This document shows positions 53,301-64,000 of a stretch of DNA of 64,000 bases, one piece after another. Source of the stretch: Balanoglossus misakiensis. Taxonomy: Eukaryota > Animalia > Hemichordata. The notes under the pieces are model-generated. The model searched no databases and was not told where the DNA came from. It worked only from the letters and a program-made list of their open reading frames with translations. The stretch covers positions 9,415,483-9,479,482 of the forward strand of contig CM082582.2 in assembly GCA_040954595.2 (NCBI GenBank), written 5' to 3'. Both the position numbers and the translations under genes were made by a program. The first letter of the stretch is position 1, and the number at the start of each line of letters is the position of its first letter.

Positions 53301-54505
53301 ATATTTATTCAAGAGTCAGGAGGAAAATAGTTTTGATGACAGGGTCTATACAGAATTGTCCCTGCAACGGCATTTGTTTGCCGCTTCTTGGAATATTTAT
53401 CGAAAGACAATTGTATATTAAGCAAACAATGCACAACAACTGTGAGTGCCACGGTTTTGAAAACAGAATTGATAACACTGTATATAAGGTACTCCCTGAC
53501 AGGTAAAAATAATCTGCCATCTTAATAAATCTCACTCATCTTGTCTGTGTTTCACATTGTTGCTTTATGCCATTGATTTAAACAGCAATGTGTTTGCTTT
53601 TAAAAAATCATTTGTTGAAGAACACTGGGATTTGAAAAAAATACACGAAAAACTGAAAACACTTAAGGAATGGCTGTACCATCAATCTAAAACACACGGC
53701 TGTATTTTTAAAGCGTATTACCAAATATAGCAAACTTTCACCATACAGTCTGAAATATAAAACAATCTTTTCTCCATTTAGAAATTGACTCATTACCGAA
53801 TCGATGACAGCTTTCCGATCTTGCAGAAATTGATTGAAAACAAACGAGAAGGCTTCCTTATCGGAGCATCGACGCAGTAAAATAAAAAATGAAAAATAAA
53901 AAGTCTACAATGGAAGGAGAAGAGACAGAATAAAAGGGGTTTTGTACAATGATTGATTGCTTAATATATCTCACGAACGAACCAGTAAAAAAATGGGGAA
54001 AATGTCATTTTTTATCTGCCGGTAATTTAGATTTGATTCCTCAACTCACAGTAAAGATCAATTAATATAGCTGCAGTAATCATAATACACCATTAGTGTT
54101 TAATTAGCATATCATATTGGATGGAAAAATTAGTCAGGGATGACATTAATTAATTATTGTAACGTATTACATGAAATAAAATCATAATTAAACGTGTACT
54201 GACATTAATAAATACATGATTGTTTTTGACAAAGGTCATTGCTCCTGATCAGGGTTGTAACGAGGGTAGCGGCATTCTTGGAAAAGTTCGGTTTGGAAAA
54301 TTTGCGAGGGGCAATACCAGAATATTTGACATCTTCAGCTTGGAGGTTAAAAGTATGAGAGGATGATCAATCACAATCTTGTCTCTCGTTTATCAAAACT
54401 TAATGACATCAAGAAGTAGTACAAGAATTGCTCCACAACTTTTCTATTCTGTAATGCAAAGTTTCTCACAGTAGACTTGAACAACCAACAAGTTTGTGTG
54501 AAATA

Positions 54506-54519
54506 GTTTCCATGGTAAC
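54506..54519. promoter_or_regulatory. RFX X-box GTTTCCATGGTAAC
   Basis: Exact X-box palindrome, identical to 3682-3695. Confidence 0.45.
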
Positions 54520-57500
54520 AGAACGATGGTAAGAGATGCTGGTCTTTCACATGTATAAAAGCTGTCAAAAGTTGGATCAAAATAAAGCTAACACTGAACA
54601 CAAAGAAGAATTCTAAACTGTTGATTGCTGTACTCTGAAGTCTGAGTCGATACCTAACATATACAAATATATCAATCTATGATTTATTCCACTTTGTCTA
54701 GTTGCTGTATAGATTACATTCAATCCATGCGGTACACAGGTAACATTAAAATTGATTTTTTCCGCAGAAATTTTGATAGGGTTTACTCAGCCTAAACAGG
54801 GAATCGGTATATTTCTTTCTCCACCAGGAGGGAATGAACATTTTGGGGGGCTCCTGGGAGAATCTCCGTGCTGTTCCTGCACTTTTCCCCCTCCCCCTGG
54901 GAATAATTCATTCTGCCGGCACCTGAATGAAACGGGAATGAATTTATAAAATTCTACATTTTAAGTAGATGGTGGGGGAAATGCGCTCTCCCTCCAGCTA
55001 TCGATCATCTGCGAGCCGCGCAAGCAAGAAACTTTTTGTGCAAATTACCTCTGACATGTTGGACGGTCTCTGTAGGCACACAGCAACAAGCGCATTTCCT
55101 TTTCGGCATTTTTGTCTCAAACCATCATACAATTTATGCGTGTTTTACCTTGTATCCTGTATGCTCTAGCAGTTCAAAGATTTGCCTCAAGTTCAACTCT
55201 CCTTCGATGTCACGTTTCTTTTCACAAAATCTTTAATTTTTCTCGTCATTTCTTTTCATTATTTTTCTTACAATAACTTATAGAAAAAGAAATAGTGCAG
55301 TAACATATTTTTCATGAGGAGCATTGATATTGTGACAAAAATGTGCTAAACAGCTGGTCAGGCAGGTGAGCATTAATGCACAGATAGGAGAGGGAAAGTA
55401 CCTGGTTTTAAAGGTTTGGCTCTTTTGCGAGTGTGTTTTTCACCTGTGCAGTTTTCGCACTCAGACGTCACCGACAATAGTCACACCAAGACGGGAGGGA
55501 AGATGCCAGGTTTTGCCACTTGGCGGGATAATACAGATGTACTAGATATGTATTGGCCAGTCTCTATTGGTTATTCAAGATACGTCTCTTCCGACACTGG
55601 GCACCGGTATTACCACACAGGGCACGTAGGGCTGCTTAACGATATCTTTTCACAAAACATCATAAACAGACCCCGACGCAAATGAAAATTTCTATAGAAT
55701 CATTAGCCAGAACTTTCATATTTTGAAGTCTAAATGGACGCAATGTTTGGACAGATCACAAGCCCACTGATTTGCTTTATATTGTGAAGTATTAAAAGAG
55801 AAGTGTACATTTCCTGTTGGCATTGTATAATCTTTCTCCAAATTCACCTGGTCAATCCGCCAAATAAGCTTTCATATGCTTTTATGCCTGATGAAGAAAA
55901 GAAAATTTTGCTGATATGCTCGTATTAATTCGGTCGCTCTTTGTGATGTAGAAAAACTAATAACTTCTGAAGCCGGCTACAATTTAGAGCTAAATGGCTC
56001 ATCATGTGACTTATTGTCAGCCCCTTTTACCAACTGTCACAGATTTCGCGTGGCCTCTGTTATTTTTCTATATTTTGCTCCCCAGCTAAAATTGTTAGAA
56101 AATTAATTGGGAATAATCACCCTGGTATTGGCTGGACTGACTCAATAACATGGCGACTCAATTGAACGGAGTAAAGTGTTGCCAATTACTCTGACTCTAT
56201 TGTGTTGTTGAATGTGGCGGGTTAGTTAGGGTGAGCTCACCAAATCAATCCCCCTGAAAAATTTGTTACAATTTTTTTTTTTTTTGAAGCAGGGGAGTAT
56301 AATTTTGCCAATCCAACACTGAAGTTAAACACAAATCAGGTTATATACCTTCCACACTATTTGTGATCCGTGTATTGCCCCTGTCTACTCTCCTGAGCCA
56401 ATCAGAGGTATTGTCAATTTCTTCTAATTTTTTTTTCAATTTCACATTTTAATCAATCGCCACGCTCAGGTTGTATCCATGAAGGAGGAAGTACGTTAAA
56501 GTTTAAGCAAAAAAATGTCAAAATAAGTGTCAGTATACTTCAAGGAGCTCATTTTTTTTCTCACTCACAATGATCAGTCACTACACCAAAAACACGTCTA
56601 GTTTGGACACCTGTCATTTGTGTGTTTCTACGACAACGAGGCTTGAGAAAGTCATCACCTTCTGCGCTGAGCTGAGACAGGGCAAGGAAATTCACAAAAT
56701 ACAGACGTCATCGGCGTTTGCTGATGGCTGAGGCAAATGGATGGGCTTACACTCTCCCTGACAGGTACAGAGTGTTTTCACAGACAAAATCAGAGCCGTA
56801 TGGTACGACGAAGTAGACATCCAAAATGAATAAAAGGCCGCGATTAAGGACATAATTCGAGTGTACACAATCGCCCCTTCCCCCAAACGTCCCATCAAGC
56901 TTGCATGAAAAAGCCATCAGTGAAATTTCCAATATTTCTCTGCGTCCTCTGGCTATTTATGAAAATGATTTTGATGGGAGGCGATTGCCGTCCACTGCTG
57001 GGGAAAAAAGAGAGAGAAGGAGTCGGGTTTTTAATAGTGTGAAGCTGTGATAAATCTGCCAGGTGAGTGCTTTACACGTGACCTTCTTGCCCCGGTGATT
57101 AATTAACTGTATAAGATACTCATTGCTACTTGACCCCGCGCCCCATTTTCACTCCTTTTTGTAGCAATTTCTCACTCAATAGAGACTTTTTAACGATAAA
57201 GCTGCCGGCAACAAGCGCAAACCAAATGTTGTGTTTCACCCGCAGCCAGATTTCCTCCAAATGGGGGAAAATCTTTCACTGGAAACGTAATAGGAAAATT
57301 GGCTGACAAACGCTCAAAACACAAAAGGTAATTAATTTTCGGTTTAAAAGCTGCCAAGATTTCTGGCGGAGCATAAAACAAGAAGCAAAGGTGGAGGGAG
57401 CTGCCGTCGCGAAAAACTCCTAATATATATCACGGCTTAAAGTACGGGGCTTTGATGACTTGACCACAAAACAAAAGGAAAATATGTACGGTTGGGCCCG

Positions 57501-60500
57501 TTAATACCCAGCCTAGAATAATGAGTACGCTTTGCATTCTTTACTTACAGCTTAGTGAATAATTTTCTGCTCAGGGAGAATAAAACCATTATACAGATTT
57601 CTAAATCCACACAAATTGTGCCCTTAGTGGGGTTAAACTCTTTGCCAGAATTATAAAAGGGCTTTTCTTCTCGAATATTTCAATCATTTTTTCCCCCTAA
57701 TTTGTGGAAATTTTCTCTGAATCTCTGCATCTGCTCACACTCAGGTGAGCATGCGGCCAGCGTCTGATAAATCCTCATCAACAATTCAAAGTATCGAAAT
57801 TATACAAAACGTTTCTGTATTTGGGAGCGTGGTTCTGCTTCATGGAGAGTAGATCGTGCTCCCCAGGACAGATATTTCATAAATTTAGCCCTAAACACAT
57901 GAAATATTGCCTTGCATTTTCCCACTTATGGAAAATCACTCAACCTGAGAATCAGCAGATTAGTATAGGTTAAATTATGAAAAAGGACTACATTGATGTC
58001 ATCGGTTTTGATTTATTCTGCAAGCAATAAGCTGTTTAATGAGTTTTTTTTTTACTCGACAGAAATTTCAATCGTTTAGGTTTTGCTACATGGCAAACAA
58101 AATGAGAAATGAACATTAAAGTGTAAAATATGTATTTGTCGAGATAATTTTAGCACTTATTTTATGAGTGAGTGAGCGCAGACGACCACATTGGATTGGG
58201 GATGAAATATTCAAAAGCCTGAGGAGCTAAATCAGGCTGCTTTAATTGCTCTGCAGCTTAGCAAGTGTCACAAGAACAAAAGAGATGACGATCGCTGCGG
58301 CTTGCGCATAAACGCCATTTGCAACACTTTACGTTGCCTCACAAACAACTACAATTTGTTAAGTGCATTAAAAGAAAAACTGGATAAACTGTTGATTAAA
58401 TAATTATTGGTTTCCACATTGTGATAGTTCAAGCAATTTCTTGTTGTTGTTTTTTCATTTTCAACCAATTCTCGGCTAAACACAACACTCTGTGTCTCAA
58501 AACAACAGCAAAATAATTCTTATTTGTTTGTCCATAGAAAACATCTGATTGGTGCTTCAGGTGTTAGTATTTTCCCCACACGACTTTGTTTATTTTGAAA
58601 CATACCTGCAGAATCTGTTTTTGTTGTTGTCAAGTCTGATGCCACTATGAAAAATTGGCCATGCTGAGCAAAAAATCAAATTCCTAATGATGACATCAAT
58701 TGAGCCAGAACACTTAGAGAGAGAGAAAAAAAACTTAGGCTGTACTTTAAAAGCAGATACCCTATCGACAGTGATTGACACGGCAAACAGAACTGAATTC
58801 AGCCCCCACTGAAATATAAATACGCTTTTAAGTTTATACGGACAAACAGATATCAGAGCAAACAATATTCCCTTTTCCAGCCAGGGCATATACTTTTTTT
58901 TTTTTCAATTTCGCCTGTGGGTTTGTCAGCCTTTGCTAAATACTAATCAGTGAGTATCTCCTGCGCTTGTCCAAACACCCAACATTTCCACCGCTGACAT
59001 CTCTATTGGGAAATCATAACGCACATAGACAGCTACCGAGGTGTCAGCTCTGGTTAACATAAACTTCAGAGCTTGTAACAAAACGCACGGCTTCAATAGA
59101 GATACTAGTATATATACATAAGCACACGCACAAACCAATTGACAGACTTCTCTCTGTCTGTCAGTGATTTCACTTTTATGTTGTGTACGAGAAAAACAGC
59201 CTGCTGCAACATTAGACCAAGACATGCTGTAAATTTTTGTTTACAAAACTTTCACAGATTGTTTGCTTTCAATTTTAATTTCACATCTCATTAAAACTCA
59301 ATGGTTTAATTAAAGCGATGAGTGTCCCCAATCCCGATTGAAAACTTCTGAACACAAAGAGTGATAAATACTTCCTTTCTTTTCTTAAGAACTGACAGAG
59401 ATGAATTAGAATATTTTGATTTATTCCCTTAAGACTTCTGAACTTTGTATTAGAAACGGCTCCCTCTTGCTAAGAATACTATTTCAGAAGGGAAAAAAAA
59501 AGAAACCATATATCTTGTTTTATTTGTTTATAGTTTTGGTATTTGCTGAAGCAGCAGGGATCCAGTGAGGATGACGCCTAGCATTTTAAATTGCTTCACA
59601 TTTCAGCTTTACGATGCCTTGTCGATGAAGCAATGTTTTTTGTTGAGCGCTAATATCAGAGTGTGATAAATATTTTTACTTGCAGAGAACAATTAAGATT
59701 TCAGTAAGCACAGTATTAACATAAACTGAAACATTTTTTTTATAATAAATGAAATAAATGCTATTAAAAAATCATTTTAAAATTAGACACCACTGAAATA
59801 GTTTTATGTGAATTTCTGCAAATGAAGAAACATTTTACTCTTTTAGTATAATTTGCATTCTCTTTAAATTCAGAGATGGGAACGATTTGGGGGTGTGTGC
59901 AAAAGTTTTCCACCAATTTGTGGAGGCTATACATCTCAATTTGCAAATTCTTGTGGCTTTGCCACCAAAAGTTTAATGTAAATCACCCTTCTGGTGCTTT
60001 GAGTGGTGAAGGTAGAAAAAAGCTGACAAAAACCCTGTTTCTAACATGCGTAAACTCAACAAGAGTGATCATGCATTTATAGCTTACCCACCAAAAATGC
60101 GCGAAAACTCAAGCCTGTGCTGGGAATACACTTGCAATGGGGGCTAATCCCAAACTAAATTAATAATCGCATTTCGAGCAGCGAGAGTCTCCTGCAAGGA
60201 AAAAGACAATGCACGCAGGGCTGATTTAAGGTGATAAATCTGTCTGCACTGTTCAGACTTTTTTTCTTTTACCTGCCGTATTATTAGAACATTAGACCAC
60301 CCTAGCCACGGCTGGAGAATAATACCACCTATTGTATTTTACTCCCCGGCACGGGATTAATTGTACGAGCTGTCATACATTTTACATCTCTGTTGACTGG
60401 GTTTCATTTACAAGCAGTATAAATTTTACATTAGCTAAGATACAATTACAGTTGTGTTTTTTTTCTTTCTCTGTCTCCCTGATCTCACATTCCTGCAGAC

Positions 60501-62357
60501 GCCCGCGTTGAAGGGGCGATCTGTGATTTCTTGATGACCAGTGCTACGTTTTTATTTGACCCTTAGTCATTGAGCAGTAAACCAAATAAAAGAACTGTTC
60601 TTCTATTTCTATTTGCCATTGTCTGATAGCCAACTTTGAAGTGTGCAAACAGTAACGATGAAACTGTTGTAAAACATTAATATGTATAACTTAGACTTTT
60701 TAAGCAATTAAAAAAATTAACACAATTTAAAAACCTGAAGCTTATAATCAGAAAGATATCTCTCTTTGTATTGCAGCAGTCAGAAGATAATTTGGTTAGA
60801 AATGAATGAAAACACACAGGTTTGCAATGTCGTGCCCGTTCTCCCCTCATCAACTTGAACCCCTGTCATCACCATAATTTAGTACGACCCCATTGTCTTC
60901 AATGGTATGGTTGGAACAAAACACAGGCAAATGGGGTGAAGAGGTTAATTGGCACTTCACAATGTGCTAATCTTACGCCTCTGATAAACTGAAATCCGTG
61001 GGAACAAGAGATACCGAGCGTTTTTGTGGGGCATAAAAGTTAAGTTAAAATCTTCTCCCCGAGAAAGTACAGCTTTGATGGGTTAATGGTTTTTGCGCGG
61101 AATATTCCATCCCTCCTTGATTAAATCTCGCAGCGATATCGTCAAATGTTTGATGACATTCTTTAATGCCTGTCAATGCATCAATTCAAGTACTTGAACT
61201 TTTGGGTAAAAAAAACTTGGCGCAATAAATGCGACCGCGTCAAGGTGATCAGCTCTGACAGGGGGGGGGGGGGGGGGCAAAGTCGGCAGCAGCAATATTG
61301 CGTCGTCGCGGAGACAAACAGTTCGTTTTACCTGTAGCTGTTATATGATATCGGGAATATATTTACCGAGCTTGTTATGCAGCACTTAACATGTGACACG
61401 TATGACACCTCGGACGGCCTGCAAACTGTATCTTGTATCAAATTATTGCTAAACAAGTCAACCCAACTTAAAAGATTTAGAAGTCATTGGAGACTCCATC
61501 TATATCTGCTGTCTGTCTCTCTCTCGCGTGCGCGTATATAGACACACACTCAGCTCACTTTTAAACTCATTTGCGCAGAGACCTGCAGGGAAAGCACTTC
61601 CCTTGTAAAGACCCAAATATTCCACTTCACGTGTCAGTCCCGTTTTTTGTCACTTTTGTGCGATATTGTCGCCCGAGTTTGCTCTCGATTCCATGCTTTT
61701 CCGAGGCTGAAATTGTTCTGTTTCAAGACTCAATTTTAAGTTTCCCTTTGTTTTTCGACTAGGCAACAATCTCTGTCCAAAATTTTGAGCACTTTGTTCA
61801 AATTTAAACTTCCCTTGATGCATAGCAAACACTGCTTTGACTCAAATCAGAAATTATAAACGTCACTTAGCATCCGACACAAAGCTCTGCTGAGGATATT
61901 TGTAATCATAACAGCAAAGCCTCAATGCACAAAATGTTGATCAACCTTCCTAAAATAAAAATATTTCAAATCAGAATTCTACATTACATAATAAAGCTTT
62001 TTCAAATGTCATAAAATTAATATAAAATCCTATTTCTGAATATAGAAATCATTTGATCAACACTGCGATTAATTTGATATATGCTATTCAGATCAAAGCC
62101 GGTGCACACCATTATCATCTTAATTTCAACAAGACTGATACCTGACCCTCAAGGTCAATGTCGCTGAACAAATATTCCAACTCAGACATTTTTATTCATT
62201 GAATTCTAAATTTGATGATATCATACTATCATGTTTCCATTATCATTTTTCCTATTTCGTCGGGAAGAGAAATCACGCACAGATTTTTTTCTTACTCGAT
62301 CACAGTATTAAAACTACCATGTGTTCAATCTGCAGAAAGTTTCTGCTTGGTTTTGAA

Positions 62358-62363
62358 ATCATC

Positions 62364-62453
<90 letters not shown>
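62358..62453. repeat. (ATC)32 microsatellite with one ACC interruption
   Basis: Direct reading. It explains the poly-Ile and poly-Ser ORFs at 62199 and 62212. Confidence 0.97.
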
Positions 62454-64000
62454 TGACCGTTGCCATCATTACCACCATCACAGACCTCATCAGCTTCATC
62501 ACTCTCCTAATCAACACCATCAGCCTTTTCTCCCTCTCTCTCTCTCTCCATTATACACTCAATCCATGGAAAGGTTGCTCCGTCATCTTTCATTTAACTC
62601 ATCATTAATAATATATACATATTACTGATATGCCCCGGGAGCACATACATATACACACACGCACAAAACACAATCAGGCTGTTTTCATCTCTTTGTTCAC
62701 CGCTAAACTGAACTAGACCATGCATGTATCAACTCTGACACAGCTGCAAATCGAATTTGACGAACGGAACTTGGAAGTGCTCCAGTTTTTTGCGGAAAAA
62801 AAATGAAAACATGCTCTGATAAACGAATGAGATCTTGATCGAAAGCGAGGCCCCCCGAAAATGGACTTTTGAAGTTTGTGTTTTTTAACCTGTTGTGCTG
62901 TGATTGTCTGGTTGAGCATTCCCTTCATTAGACACAAGTTCAATTGCTTCATTACACAAATGATAGATTCATTGAGAGATTCGATCACAGGCCCAGATTG
63001 GTTCATTGATATTAATTGCCACCTGCCACTCATTATATGATTGATCAGCTGTGTTAAATGACAATGCTGCTATATTCATTAGCTGACTGACTCATTGATC
63101 GGCATTGATGGGGATTGTATCTCGACAGGCATTTGATTTCTTGAATTCTTTCGTCTTGTCATTCTTTTGAAACATACAGCAAAGTGTGTCACGGCCACCA
63201 CCAATCACAAGACAGATTTAACAAACAAATTCCCCTTCACTCCAAAACTGAATGCAAAGTGCAAATTTATCTGCACTTCCAGGCATCAGCGGTGACAATA
63301 ATAGGCAACATTTACCAAAAACCACATCCATTCTGGCTGTCTCCCCTTGTGAATAGCGCAAAAATTAGCCCCATAAATTTCCAATACCTGGTGCAAACTT
63401 CTCAGAAGAATTCCCGTTATCCCGTAAATTTGTGAAGAAGAAAGAAAAAAATTGATGGATTCTGGTATGACTGGGTTTTGTTGAATTGCCAAACAATTCA
63501 GTTGTATCAAGATTACTGACAGGAGTGAAACATTAAAACATAAAATGGAAAAATATAACATCCACCAGGCACTGTAAAATTGATTTTTATTCAAAATCTC
63601 CTGCCGTATAAATCAAACTCCTTCATTCGTCAAACAAAACTCATTTCTACTTCCCTTTTATTCCAAACTTAAAGTGAAGTGAGGACTGAAGGTTTCTGGT
63701 GTGTGTTTTTTGATCTCATCACGGTGTAATAGGGTATTCTGAGCACAACAACATGGTTGTTGTATATTCCCAAAAATGACACACTTAAACTGAATAGTGG
63801 GGATGTTTAGGAGCAGGGAAAATTAATGATTACAAGATTACTCGGATTTGAGATGACAATAGTGCTATAAATTCTGTGTAAACACAGTCAGATATACTTT
63901 TGTTATAGGCAAGAATGACTTAATCAATATTTTTAACTCGAGACTCACAATCATTTATTTAGAATGCAATGGGAGGAAAAAAAACCTATTCTTCTGTGAA

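Noticed and set aside
62199-62628. Poly-Ile and poly-Ser/His ORFs
   Set aside because: Translation artefacts of the (ATC)n microsatellite.
1100-63520. Scattered TCF/LEF (CTTTGAT) and Su(H) (GTGGGAA) sites
   Set aside because: Counts by eye are near chance expectation for AT-rich DNA, with no tight cluster or paired site.
1-64000. CRISPR array, rRNA, tRNA or prokaryotic operon
   Set aside because: No repeat-spacer periodicity, no RNA-gene signatures and no long ORFs; the sequence is intronic/intergenic eukaryotic DNA.

Overview
AT-rich, intron-dominated animal DNA. It is probably from an invertebrate deuterostome such as a hemichordate; this is inferred from repeat style and composition, not established. 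The only recognisable protein gene is a spalt-like (Sall) zinc-finger transcription factor on the minus strand. Its first coding exon (35718-35646) encodes MSRRKQAKPQHLGSDQDTSTLLEN, the NuRD-recruiting N-terminal motif, and ends in a phase-1 GTGAGT donor. The zinc-finger exon is not in the window and should lie left of position 1. The main observation is invisible in the ORF track: about 29 kb into the apparent intron lie four clustered microexons of 18, 21, 21 and 33 nt (6594-3665). Each has good splice signals, each is a multiple of 3, and each is open in the phase-1 frame set by exon 1. Together they extend the protein with an acidic linker (...LLEN-GVDHSG-EVETPKE-AETSNME-DVTMETTGDGD). They are accompanied by RBFOX/NOVA/QKI/UGC-type splicing motifs, internal Kozak ATGs and two upstream frame-breaking exon candidates. 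The rest is non-coding regulatory landscape: a CpG-rich promoter region (~34.6-39.9 kb), a perfect DR5 retinoic-acid element, repeated RFX X-boxes, one TTAA-flanked MITE and microsatellites. Nearly all listed ORFs are judged spurious.
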